The position numbers and the translations under genes are program-made. This document shows positions 39,044-48,870 of a stretch of DNA of 64,000 bases, one piece after another. Positions within the stretch are counted from its first letter, which is position 1. The number at the start of each line of letters is the position of its first letter. The DNA is from Micavibrio sp. Lineage in GTDB: Bacteria; Pseudomonadota; Alphaproteobacteria; UBA9219. The notes below the pieces were generated by a model that did no database searches, was not told the origin of the DNA, and worked only from the letters and a program-made list of their open reading frames with translations. Location: NCBI GenBank assembly GCA_020718105.1, contig DYDA01000006.1:5442-69441 (forward strand), in the 5' to 3' direction.

Positions 39044-41617
39044 TTAATCGAGATAATCAGTCTTAAGTTTTTTCAGATCACCATAGGCCGTGGCCAGTTG
39101 GCTTGCCGACGGCGGAGCATCATCATGCGGTCCGGGGGTCACATAAGAGTGAGCTGCCTTAAGTTTGCCTGTATGAGCAGGGTCTTTTGTGAGTAGTAAA
39201 TATACCGAATTGCTAAATTCGCCGAAGTTTTTCCCGTCATAGTCGGTGATTGAAGCCATTGCTTCGCCATCTTTAAGGCGCTTTCTAACGAGAATTTCTT
39301 TGCAAAAGCGCTCAATCGCCGCACGTGTTTTTATGGCACCCTCTCTGCGCTGGTCAGGGTCGTGCGATCTAATATATGGTTGAACTTTCGCAAGCATGGT
39401 AGCGAGCCCATCATATTGATTTCTAATTTCAGTCCCTAAAAGTGGGTCATTACGGATAATCTGAAACTGTGCCACCTGTTTATGTTCCCATCGATGCCCG
39501 ATGTCTTTCCAGCTTGAATGATCTTGCGTTGTAACAATGACTTGAACGCCCTCATTCAATAATTCTTCAATGACAGTTTGGGCAAAATTGGGTCTAAAAT
39601 CGTCATCACTGGTAAGAACAGGATCGTCAAGAACGATAAAACCAGTTTTTTCCTGAACGGCCCGTGCAAGAAACATGGCCAAACCAAGACAATGCAGCTG
39701 CGATGTACTGAAAACGGCCACGGCATCCCGAAACTTTGGATCACTACAGTCGTCATTCGCAGATAAACCGACCTTAATATCAATGGTGCGGCGGGCTTTG
39801 CTGCTGCGTCGTTGAATGGCACCGAAAAACGAAGGCTCATTAGGACGTAAGAAATCCCACCACACTTTAACACCTCCACTCATCTCATCAAACTTTTCGT
39901 CGGCAACTTTACCATTACCCTTTTCAATTTCTTTTATCGCCTTATCAAGTTCTTTGAACTTCTGTTCATAAGCAGATGTTAACTCAATGGCTTTCCATAA
40001 TCTTTTTGTATCAACTGCAAGGCTGACCAATTCCTCCCACCCAGCGGTGTTGGTGCTTTGGTCAACCGCAATTTTGAGGGGTGTCCCAAGCAATTGTGCA
40101 GCAAGGCCATAGCTCTGCTGGGTTTGCTGATAGGTTATTTGTGTCTCGTATATGGTTGCTAAGACTTGAGTTAAGCCGACGGGATCATCCCAGTCATCAA
40201 GTGTGTCTTTAAGGCCAGCAATATAATGCTGTGCTCTAGCAATAGCCCGTCTGAATACTTTAGCGGACTGAATTAGGTGTCGTGTTGATACAGTCCAGTC
40301 TGCAACAATGGCGTCATCCTGAACAAGGGAGCGCAAACGCGCTATAGTAAAGCCTTTATAGCGTCGCGCGCCGGGCGTTTCTTGTGTGAATTTGGGCAAC
40401 GAAGCATCGAGGGACGATGATGTAGCTGACAAGCTTGCTTCTAAAATCTGGCATGCATGTTTTATGGCACGTTCAGCAGTTTGATATGTTTCAGTCGCCT
40501 TCACTTGATCACAGATCAGTTGAATACGTTCTGGTGTTAAGACAGCCTTAGTCCCACATAAAGGGCAATCGGCGGCATCATGACTTTTGCATTCGGGCAG
40601 CGAAAGGGCTGCTTTGAATAAATCAACTAATCGACGAGTTTCAGCATCGATTTTTTTGCGCTCTTCTATGAAAGATTTAACGGCATGATCAAGGAGAGAT
40701 GAATTGTTCTCCCATGGAGTAAATGGGCTGCGCACAAATAAGTCGAGAGGAAACGATTTTGCGCGGCGATTCTGTAGTTCAAGGCTGATCTGTGTGGATT
40801 GCTCCGGTAGTGTAACTGCCGGAGTGATTCCAAGACTGATTAAAAATGCTGCCGTTGTTGCAAGAATACTTTTTTCGACACCTTCCTGCGTTTTCGATTT
40901 GCGTATTGTGTTGGCAGTTTTCAATCCCGGTATAGCTTCGACAGTTTGAAGATAAACGATTTCACTTAATATGGGCGCAGGCATGCTCGCTATAAAAGTA
41001 GCTACACTGGCTCGGAAATCTTCTAAATCCTGAGTATCGAGGACAGCCCTAAAATAGGAGGCACGCTCGTTAGGCCCAGCAGAAAAAATATAACCTAGAG
41101 TGTGTTGTGCTAACACAGGCGCAATCAAAGGTGCTTGAGAAAGCTTAATGCCTAGTCGCAATAGGATATCGTCTTCTACACAAGACTTGCCGTCAATTTC
41201 TACTCTGCTTGTGCAACCCAGATTTCCTTTTTTATAATCTTCGAGTAGTATGCGCTTTAGATGCCTTATGGTTCCGTCACTGCAAAGCACTTCCGCAGCG
41301 ACAGAAACGGGAGCCGTGTCTGGGATATGAACATTGCGAAGGCAGTCTGAAAATTCTTCTTTCGAACTTGATTGCAGTTCCCGCCTGACAAGCTGGCCGG
41401 TTAATAGAAATTCGATGGCTTCAGTTAAACTTGTTTTACCCTGACTGTTCCCACCCCACAACACAGCAACGGTGCTGGGCAATTCAAAAGTTTGTTTTCC
41501 TGTGCCGAAGCTTCGGAAACCATGAACCTCAATCTTTTTTAACTGTGGACGTGTCACTGGACGCCTGTTTTTCTGTATAAAAGTCATTAATAGTTTGCGC
41601 CATGCGTTTATGTGCAT
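39044..41617 (-). CDS. Rad50/SbcC/SMC-like ABC ATPase with coiled-coil CxxC hook and extra C-terminal domain
   Basis: N-terminal Walker A GGNSQGKTSLTEA; central predicted coiled coil containing CPLCGT; C-terminal signature/Walker B (GFIVLDDP) and H-loop-like TTQDH; 857 aa (true start possibly Met11). Confidence 0.75.
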   Translation of the reverse strand: MHINAWRKLLMTFIQKNRRPVTRPQLKKIEVHGFRSFGTGKQTFELPSTVAVLWGGNSQGKTSLTEAIEFLLTGQLVRRELQSSSKEEFSDCLRNVHIPDTAPVSVAAEVLCSDGTIRHLKRILLEDYKKGNLGCTSRVEIDGKSCVEDDILLRLGIKLSQAPLIAPVLAQHTLGYIFSAGPNERASYFRAVLDTQDLEDFRASVATFIASMPAPILSEIVYLQTVEAIPGLKTANTIRKSKTQEGVEKSILATTAAFLISLGITPAVTLPEQSTQISLELQNRRAKSFPLDLFVRSPFTPWENNSSLLDHAVKSFIEERKKIDAETRRLVDLFKAALSLPECKSHDAADCPLCGTKAVLTPERIQLICDQVKATETYQTAERAIKHACQILEASLSATSSSLDASLPKFTQETPGARRYKGFTIARLRSLVQDDAIVADWTVSTRHLIQSAKVFRRAIARAQHYIAGLKDTLDDWDDPVGLTQVLATIYETQITYQQTQQSYGLAAQLLGTPLKIAVDQSTNTAGWEELVSLAVDTKRLWKAIELTSAYEQKFKELDKAIKEIEKGNGKVADEKFDEMSGGVKVWWDFLRPNEPSFFGAIQRRSSKARRTIDIKVGLSANDDCSDPKFRDAVAVFSTSQLHCLGLAMFLARAVQEKTGFIVLDDPVLTSDDDFRPNFAQTVIEELLNEGVQVIVTTQDHSSWKDIGHRWEHKQVAQFQIIRNDPLLGTEIRNQYDGLATMLAKVQPYIRSHDPDQRREGAIKTRAAIERFCKEILVRKRLKDGEAMASITDYDGKNFGEFSNSVYLLLTKDPAHTGKLKAAHSYVTPGPHDDAPPSASQLATAYGDLKKLKTDYLD

Positions 41618-41864
41618 CTACCTTTGAGCCACCAAGCCAAGCATCCAGCAGCACGCTTGCCAAGCCATTAGCAGTTAAGTGCGGACGAAGACGCGCGGCG
41701 TTTGATAACGGTCCAACTTCCGTTGGAGTATCAACAATAGCTAGAATTTCTGAAGTCTCTGATTTTTCCATTGTTCCTGCCTTGTCACAAACCATGCACA
41801 AGCCTATAAGGTTGCAGCCCTGCTTCGCAAGCCATTATATACATCAAGAGAAGTCTTGAAATTG

Positions 41865-42899
41865 CTATATACTTAATGCTTCCGGCTTTTGCCTAAAGTT
41901 CAAAGCACTTACCGCCCTTCTCAAATAATCCGGTGCATGCTTGCCATAGACCTTTTCCACCGTCTTTTCGCTGTCCCCCAACAACCGAGCTACCTCAGAC
42001 AAAGGAACCCCGTCCATAATCAGCCAAGTGGCCGCTGTGTGCCGCAGGACGTGTGGGCTGGCCGTGATGCCGCACTCTTTGCAAAGCCGCCTGAAGCCCG
42101 CTTTAACAGATGCAACGCGCTTACCATGATACTCGATTACATAGTCAGCCTCGGCCAGCTCTCTGGCCGTCTTCAAACTCTCATAAACGTCATCGTTCAT
42201 CGGGACAACGGCGCGACGCTTGTTGCCCCACCCTCGCCCGAAGTCCATAAGCCTGCTTTCAAAGTCAATTTGTTTCCAAGTCAGGTCCAAAATTGCGCCG
42301 GATCGGGCGGCTGTTGATATTGCAATCTGAATGAACAGCCTCATATGGTGCGACTTGGCCTTGCTCAACAGCAACTCTACTTGTTCTCGCTTCAACCACA
42401 GGTCACGGGGCGGCGGCTGATGCACAGGCATCTTAAAACGAGGCTGATGCGCGATCCAACGATTGCCTTCCGCAAAGTGAAGTGCTGCCTTGAGCGTCCC
42501 CAACTCGCGCAGGATCGTCCCATCCGATACACCACGTTCTTTGGCATATTTCAGCAAAAGGGCATTGCTGATATGATCGGGCTGAAGGTCTCCAAAGAAC
42601 TTATTCAAGGTTCTGGTGTGATGTTCAATGGTCTTCAGTGATCTTGTATTAACCCCATGTTCCTTTTTGTAGCGATCAAGAAGATACGCCAATGTCGGCT
42701 CTGGCGGCGGCGGTGGATTGTCTAATCCCGCGATGAATTGGGAGCGGTATTGCTCGGCTGCTCTCCAATCCGTTGTCCCCGTTGAAACGCGCCTTGTCTG
42801 CATCCCTGTTTGGGTTGAGACATCGCGCTCAGTCCAGACGATATAGATTGTGCCATTGTCATGCTGCCAGAATCTGTATTGTTCTTTGTTCCTCGACAT
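41865..42899 (-). CDS. int: tyrosine-type site-specific integrase
   Basis: C-terminal catalytic region with R..HxxR..Y signature (LRHTAATWL...VEKVYGKH); 344 aa. Confidence 0.9.
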   Translation of the reverse strand: MSRNKEQYRFWQHDNGTIYIVWTERDVSTQTGMQTRRVSTGTTDWRAAEQYRSQFIAGLDNPPPPPEPTLAYLLDRYKKEHGVNTRSLKTIEHHTRTLNKFFGDLQPDHISNALLLKYAKERGVSDGTILRELGTLKAALHFAEGNRWIAHQPRFKMPVHQPPPRDLWLKREQVELLLSKAKSHHMRLFIQIAISTAARSGAILDLTWKQIDFESRLMDFGRGWGNKRRAVVPMNDDVYESLKTARELAEADYVIEYHGKRVASVKAGFRRLCKECGITASPHVLRHTAATWLIMDGVPLSEVARLLGDSEKTVEKVYGKHAPDYLRRAVSALNFRQKPEALSI

Positions 42900-43081
42900 G
42901 CGGCCTCCTCATATTCGTTGACACAAAGGGCGGGGATGCGGATGGCCTTACCGATCCGCAAATAGCGGATCGCGCCGGAATGGATGAGGTTGTAGATATG
43001 GCTTGGCGAGACTTCCCAATGCGTGGCCAGCGATTGGACCGTGAAGTGACGCGCAGGAAACGAGCCGGATGGTTCGGTCAT
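42722..43081 (-). CDS. excisionase/AlpA-like helix-turn-helix DNA-binding protein
   Basis: FTVQSLATHWEVSPSHIYNLIHSGAIRYLRIGKAIRI HTH; 3' part overlaps the integrase start in another frame, so true extent uncertain. Confidence 0.5.
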   Translation of the reverse strand: MTEPSGSFPARHFTVQSLATHWEVSPSHIYNLIHSGAIRYLRIGKAIRIPALCVNEYEEAACRGTKNNTDSGSMTMAQSISSGLSAMSQPKQGCRQGAFQRGQRIGEQPSNTAPNSSRD

Positions 43082-43140
43082 GACTCCTCCGTTGGGTTGT
43101 GTGGATTTTATTGTTTTGCGCTTGGTTGCGGCGTTTGCCG

Positions 43141-44109
43141 CTACGGCTCTAGCTTCGTCTGTTTGCCGACGGCAGATATAGGAAGTGGACTCTCTTTGGG
43201 TCGCAGGTTTGGCTCAATGGACTGTTTGCTCTTCAGGAACTCCACAGCCCGCGTTGCGTGTGCGGCTGCGGAGAAGATTAGCTTACGATCATCCTTGAGG
43301 GCCTTGAGCCAATGGTCGATATAGGCGGCATGGTCTTCACAGATTTCGGGCGTTATGCCTAAGTCTGCGCACAAGAACGCCGAGCCGATTTCGGCAACCA
43401 GCTCCTCCTTGGCATAGCCCTTATCACCCCAATCCTTCCGGCCAAAGTCGCGGTCAAGGCGGGTTTTATGTTTCGTCCAGTGCGTGACCTCATGGGACAA
43501 AGTGGCGTAATAGCTCTCGCTATCCTTAAAGGCATCGATCAACGGCATTTGGACGTAATCGGTGCTTTCCGCATAGAAAGCCCTATTACCGCCATGGCGG
43601 ATTAACGCGCCCGTGTTGCGGATAAAATGATCGACCTCATCCACACGTTGGCCGAGGGTTGGTTCGGGCTGATGGGTGGCGTGTTTATAGAATCGCTCAG
43701 GTAGGCCTTCGATTTGATCGATGTTGAAGACGTTATAGCCACGCAGAAACGAGCATTCTTTTTCTTCGCTCTCCCCCGTATGTTCATCTGTTTCTGTTTT
43801 CTTGGTCTTGTTGGCATAAACAATAAAGCTCGACTTTTCGCCTTTACGCACATGTGCGCCGTACTCTTCGGCTTGGGCAAAGGTCATCCATGTGGGGTTG
43901 AGATAGCCTTTCTCTAGTGTCGCTCCCCACAGGAGTAAGACATTCACGCCATTGTAAGGCTCACCGTTATGACGCAGGGGTCGGACAATGCGGCATCCGG
44001 CATTCTCGCCGCTCCAAGGTTTTTGCCAAGGCCGGACACCTTGTTCCAAATCGGCGATAATCTTGCTGGTCACGCGATCATACACATTCACAAAAGTTTC
44101 TTTGGTCAT
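43141..44109 (-). CDS. ardC: ArdC-like antirestriction protein (ssDNA-binding N-domain plus zincin metalloprotease domain)
   Basis: ArdC-N-like N-terminus and C-terminal HEVTHW (HExxH) motif; 322 aa. Confidence 0.85.
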   Translation of the reverse strand: MTKETFVNVYDRVTSKIIADLEQGVRPWQKPWSGENAGCRIVRPLRHNGEPYNGVNVLLLWGATLEKGYLNPTWMTFAQAEEYGAHVRKGEKSSFIVYANKTKKTETDEHTGESEEKECSFLRGYNVFNIDQIEGLPERFYKHATHQPEPTLGQRVDEVDHFIRNTGALIRHGGNRAFYAESTDYVQMPLIDAFKDSESYYATLSHEVTHWTKHKTRLDRDFGRKDWGDKGYAKEELVAEIGSAFLCADLGITPEICEDHAAYIDHWLKALKDDRKLIFSAAAHATRAVEFLKSKQSIEPNLRPKESPLPISAVGKQTKLEP

Positions 44110-44380
44110 GTTTCCTCCTATAGAAAACCCCGCGAGACAGGTGTCAGCGGGGCGGTTGATCGGATAGGTTCAGTACTATTGGTTTTTTATTTGTCCTTCT
44201 TCCTCCCCATCAGTTTGCGGATATGAAGCCTTTGGACGTAGCGGATTGCGAGCTTTTCCGATGTCCAAAGAATGATGGCCGTGCCGGGGACGATGACGCG
44301 AAAGATGCGCAAGCGGCGCGGCCTGACCAAGAACGTGTCGGTTTGGATGAAGGTTTTCTTTCTCATGAGCCTCCTTTCAC

Positions 44381-45136
44381 TTAGTGGTTGGACAACTCTG
44401 GCCACCTCACAAAGAACCAGCGCGGGAACAGATGGCCCCAGACCTCCCAATCGACAATAGCTGCCTCTGGCCAGCCTTTCTTTTGCGCGGCGGGGCGGAT
44501 CGGTACAGGGATACTACTGGATTTTTTCTCTATTGCCGTTTTGGTGGGCGTTAACTTTGTGCCTTTGGGTTTAGATGACGCAGACGGTTTGGCCGTTGAC
44601 GATCTCATTTTTGCTCGCGTTGATCGCTTCGTCCGTGCGCTACTTAATTCGCGCTTGCTAGGTTTCTTGCCCTGTCTTGGTTCAGTGCGTTTCAAACCAA
44701 GCTTGGCTTCCATCTCCTGTGCGACTTCTTTTGACTTCTTCCAGTGGTAGCCGGGCCAGACAGGCGTTCCCGTCATCAGACTGACGCGGTTCCAGATAAC
44801 GTGAAAGTGCTGCCGTCCGTCCTTGACGTGTTCGACAATCACGCGCTGGTGATGGAACATCTTGTAGCCATAGGCTTCTTCGCATCGATCCACGATGGCC
44901 ATCAGTTGCTTGTCGGTCAGATGCTCGCCCTTCATCGGGTTGATGCTGATATGGTGAAGCGGCTTTGTGCATTTTGTTTTGCCAGCAACCACCCACATAT
45001 TGTGAAACGCATCATCCAGATTATGGGCACTGGGGTCACTTAGTTCGACAAGGCGCGTCTTCTCGTTCTTGCCTTTCTCCTTCATATAGTCCGCAGCGGC
45101 CCTATAGCCGCCCCGTGTGTGGCTTTTGATAATCAT
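44381..45136 (-). CDS. MobA/VirD2-like relaxase (short form) with basic Lys/Ser-rich tail
   Basis: Relaxase His motif QHFHVIWNRV; RGGYRAAADYM N-terminal region; 251 aa. Confidence 0.7.
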   Translation of the reverse strand: MIIKSHTRGGYRAAADYMKEKGKNEKTRLVELSDPSAHNLDDAFHNMWVVAGKTKCTKPLHHISINPMKGEHLTDKQLMAIVDRCEEAYGYKMFHHQRVIVEHVKDGRQHFHVIWNRVSLMTGTPVWPGYHWKKSKEVAQEMEAKLGLKRTEPRQGKKPSKRELSSARTKRSTRAKMRSSTAKPSASSKPKGTKLTPTKTAIEKKSSSIPVPIRPAAQKKGWPEAAIVDWEVWGHLFPRWFFVRWPELSNH

Positions 45137-45188
45137 TCCGGCGCGTTGCCTTCGGACAAGGCTTGCAACACGGCCTGATGTGCCGTCA

Positions 45189-45701
45189 TCAACGAACGGG
45201 ATATCTCATCGCAACCATGGAGGTCCCCTGTCCGTTGGTTACTGTTCCGGCGTTCAGTTGCTTGGCAATCTGGTTGAGGTTTGTGCCCTGCTTAGTCAGT
45301 TCAAAATGAACCTTGTGGAGCAGACTGTTCCGTTCAGGGTCAAGGAGCGGAGATTTCAAAAGCATGAGCCGAGCATATTGGCTGGTCGAGAGATTGTTTC
45401 TTTCAGCTTGCTCGGCCAGCCGTTCCCGTTCCTGCAAATCCAGCCTTATGCCTAGGTGTACGGATCGAGCTTTCTCGGGCTTTAGCCCGCTGGAGTTATG
45501 TAAAACGGCGGAGCGTTTCACATAACTCTCAACTTGCGCAGAGCTTTTAGCTTTCTGGGTAGACTGTTTCACAGCCGGATTGTCTGACAATGAAGGGGAA
45601 GACTTGAGGGCTTCATAAGCCCGCGCCGGACGGCAAATGCCTAACGCGGCTCGTCGGAACTGTTCACGCACGGGTAGTGTCTTGGCACCGTCTTGTGACA
45701 T
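45189..45701 (-). CDS. mobC: MobC-family plasmid mobilization relaxosome protein
   Basis: MobC-like motif LTKQGTNLNQIAKQLNAG; 170 aa; directly upstream of the relaxase. Confidence 0.8.
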   Translation of the reverse strand: MSQDGAKTLPVREQFRRAALGICRPARAYEALKSSPSLSDNPAVKQSTQKAKSSAQVESYVKRSAVLHNSSGLKPEKARSVHLGIRLDLQERERLAEQAERNNLSTSQYARLMLLKSPLLDPERNSLLHKVHFELTKQGTNLNQIAKQLNAGTVTNGQGTSMVAMRYPVR

Positions 45702-45805
45702 GCTGTATCTCCGGTTCGGGTTTTGGGGAAAGTATCCTGGGCATAAAAAAGGCCCTCTACCCTATGTGTGCAGAAGGCCTCAATTATGTTCGTAAGATCA
45801 GTTAA

Positions 45806-46315
45806 TCAGGGATCACACACTTCAATCGCCGCCGAGTGCCAAGCCACCGCCAAATGGCCAAGGCCGCGCCGCAACTTTTCATAGGCACGGGCATTCCAGA
45901 TATGGTGGTTATTGCCACAGACGGTCACGATCACGTCAAGTTCATCGAAAGGTAATGTGTCGTAGGCTTCTTTCAGTTTGGTCTCGCTCGTGGTTGGCTT
46001 CCTTACGGCTTGGGCCTCAGTCGTAGGTCTTGTTTCAGGCTGGCGGCTGAACACAACGCCATAGTAAACGCGCCGAAACTCTATCCCCGTCTTATGCTCC
46101 GCTTTGTTAATAACCCCATGATCCCGATAGGCATCGAGGGGGCATTCCCAAACGGCCCTGAACCGCGTGGCCACGGGATTGCCATCGGCATCCCATGCAA
46201 CCACTTCTTCTTTCACGCCGCCATTGTGCTGGGCGCGTTCCTTTGTTGGGGCCACATCAGCGGGCGGCTTAGAGATTGTCGGATTGTTCTGAAACTTGCT
46301 CATCGGCTCCTCCAT
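45806..46315 (-). CDS. hypothetical protein
   Basis: 169-aa ORF upstream of mobC with a protein-like composition; no motif I can name. Confidence 0.5.
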   Translation of the reverse strand: MEEPMSKFQNNPTISKPPADVAPTKERAQHNGGVKEEVVAWDADGNPVATRFRAVWECPLDAYRDHGVINKAEHKTGIEFRRVYYGVVFSRQPETRPTTEAQAVRKPTTSETKLKEAYDTLPFDELDVIVTVCGNNHHIWNARAYEKLRRGLGHLAVAWHSAAIEVCDP

Positions 46316-46530
46316 AATGAATGGGTCAGAAGGCTCTGCAACATCAACTATACACGACTCATAGCACGGATTTCCTAAATGTCAAGAGCAGATATTCATG
46401 GGGAATACATATTCTTTCCATAGAGTACACGCAATACGTCATTTCACATAGATTACACTTGATATGACGTGATATGCAGGCTACCCATTAACACTTACAA
46501 TTTCCATTGCATCATTCATGAACATAGTCT

Positions 46531-47199
46531 ATGGTATCCTTCATGGACATTACAGGCAGACAAATACGCGCCGCACGCGGCCTCCTCGGGTGGAAGATGG
46601 AAGACCTAGCCGATAAGGCAGGCCTGACCCGTATCACCATTCGCCAAATTGAAAACGAAATAGTACAGCCTCAAGAAAAGACGCTGGCCAAGATTTACGC
46701 AGTTTTCGATAAATTCGGCGTTGAGTTCCTGCCCGACGAAGGCATGCGTATCCGCAAACAGGACACCCGCATTTATTCCGGCAAGGCTGGCTATCGGCAG
46801 TTTCTTGACCATGTCTATGAAACGCTTAAGGGTGGCGGTCATATACGCCAGTTCAACTTTAGTGACATGCGCTATCTCCCCAACGAAGAGACCTTCGTCG
46901 CGAATCACTTCCTGCGTATGGGGTCGATCAAGGGACTGGATTCAAAAGTGCTTGAAATCGGGGATGAAACTAAACACCCCCTCGCCTATTGCTCTTATCG
47001 CAAGAATGATAAAAAGTTCAAGGATATGGCCCCTTGGTACCTTTATGGCGACTATCTTGTTTTGTCGCTGAATGAAAGCGGCGGAAAACGGGAGTTTATC
47101 ACCATTCGCTCCAAACTGCTGGCTGAGCGTTATCTGAAAGAGTTCGATATCTTCTGGAACATGGCAACTTCTGAGAAAAAGAAGAAGGGCACCAAATGA
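46531..47199 (+). CDS. XRE-family HTH regulator with C-terminal domain of unknown function (paralog A)
   Basis: N-terminal Cro/C1-type HTH (IRAARGLLGWKMEDLADKAGLTRITIRQIE); paralogous to 62591..63292; 222 aa. Confidence 0.8.
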   Translation: MVSFMDITGRQIRAARGLLGWKMEDLADKAGLTRITIRQIENEIVQPQEKTLAKIYAVFDKFGVEFLPDEGMRIRKQDTRIYSGKAGYRQFLDHVYETLKGGGHIRQFNFSDMRYLPNEETFVANHFLRMGSIKGLDSKVLEIGDETKHPLAYCSYRKNDKKFKDMAPWYLYGDYLVLSLNESGGKREFITIRSKLLAERYLKEFDIFWNMATSEKKKKGTK

Positions 47200-48350
47200 C
47201 AGACTTTGAACATTGGCACGAGCAACCCGGCGGTCTTCATCTTGCGGTTGTCCCTTTCAATAAGGACAATCCTGACCATCGGGAGGCAGTTGCCAATGTC
47301 ATGCACGCCTCGATCCAAACCATTGCACAAGTCCATGGAGCCTCTTTCAGTGAAAGAGGCTTTCGCAATAATATGCGGGCCCTTTATCGTGGCGATCTTG
47401 AAGTTGATCTTTATCTGGCCAAGTGGGAGGTTTGCCAACCAAAGTCCAAGCCCATCTATCTTGGCGCAGCTATCAAGTGGAAAACGGCTGGCTTTGACGA
47501 GATGGGCAATATCCATGGCGGCATCTATGACGAGGATATTTGTATCCACAAACCACAATTGCGCCAGCTCATCAAATTAAAGCCGAGGGATAAGGCGTTT
47601 CCGAAACGAAGCCTTGCCGAGTGTTTCGATCAAATCAAGCTTCAGGATTTATTGCAGCAAGACGATCTCTGGTATCGTTTTGGCGAGATCGATCCCGACA
47701 ACACAACGATGATGCGCTCGTTGCTTCAGAATGATGCCTTGATTGGAACGCCACAGGATAGTGCTGTTCTTGAGTTCAAGCGTTTTCCCAATAATCTCTT
47801 GGATACAATCCCGATGGATGTCGAGATTATGGATATGGGCCGCGCTTCAACGCCCAATATCTTCGCCACACGATTAAGTGACGGCATTATTGACATTCGT
47901 TTTGCTGTAACCAAGGGGCAAGCCACAGCCGCCGGAAAGCCCCGCCCCGATATGCGCCCATGGCATAACGGAAATCTGCCAGAAGACCCCGCAATTTTGC
48001 ACGCCGCCCTCGCCTCCTCCATGAACGCGATTCAGAATAAGATTTTGGATAGCGAGTGGGGATCGCAGAGCGAGGCGATTGCATCCAATCCCATCATCCC
48101 GCTTCGCGCTCTTCGCCCTGAAGTTTTGAGAGACTTGTGCACGTCCTGCGCAAGTGATCTAGTCGCCAGCCCGGAAACACGGGGCAGCACCTTTATCCCG
48201 CCCATACCGGAAGCCCACGTTTTTGTCATCAAAGACAAGCCGATGCTCGATGGCCTTAAAGCCATCGGAGCCCAAAACCGCACCTTCGGCGGCAAACTCA
48301 TGATGCCAGGGGTGAATGAGATTAGATCGCGACAAGGACTAATTCTGTAG
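47196..48350 (+). CDS. hypothetical protein co-transcribed with XRE regulator A
   Basis: 384-aa ORF with ATGA start/stop overlap with the XRE gene; no recognizable motifs. Confidence 0.6.
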   Translation: MTDFEHWHEQPGGLHLAVVPFNKDNPDHREAVANVMHASIQTIAQVHGASFSERGFRNNMRALYRGDLEVDLYLAKWEVCQPKSKPIYLGAAIKWKTAGFDEMGNIHGGIYDEDICIHKPQLRQLIKLKPRDKAFPKRSLAECFDQIKLQDLLQQDDLWYRFGEIDPDNTTMMRSLLQNDALIGTPQDSAVLEFKRFPNNLLDTIPMDVEIMDMGRASTPNIFATRLSDGIIDIRFAVTKGQATAAGKPRPDMRPWHNGNLPEDPAILHAALASSMNAIQNKILDSEWGSQSEAIASNPIIPLRALRPEVLRDLCTSCASDLVASPETRGSTFIPPIPEAHVFVIKDKPMLDGLKAIGAQNRTFGGKLMMPGVNEIRSRQGLIL

Positions 48351-48870
48351 CCTTCCTGACTTACGGCATTGAAACCGCACCGACCAAGCAAGGCGGCAGA
48401 ATGATCTTGGGCCGCGAGCTTGCTGGCATAAGGCTAAGTTCCGTTTCGACCAGTTTCCAGACCATCAGGCCAAACTGTTTCAGCTTATCATCCTTATGCT
48501 GTGCACGTTCTGCTGGTGATCTCGCATAAAATGGTGAAGCCGTTGGGGCCACTCTCTTCATCATATTTTTGCTATCGTGAAGGAAACGTTCCCGACTGTC
48601 CAAAAAATATTCGAACGCTTCAACTGAACGAGTGCAGACGTCTTTCGCGGCAAGCTTCATCGCAGCACGAATTGTTTTTACATCGGCACCTTCAATGGCC
48701 TCATAAAGGCCCATGCGTTGCTCGGTTAGGCAGACTCGGTACAGCCGCGAATTTCAGAACAAGCTGGCCGATGAGATTAAAGCCGCACCAGATGGCGCGG
48801 CTTTTCCGGAAGCTTTGGTCGATTACATCCCCCTCAGACAACAGCTTGCACAGTGCAAATAGGAAGCTTC

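Noticed and set aside
44187-44450. 87-aa ORF between ardC and the relaxase
   Set aside because: Arg-rich low-complexity translation, overlaps the relaxase 3' end, and no supporting signals. Left unannotated.
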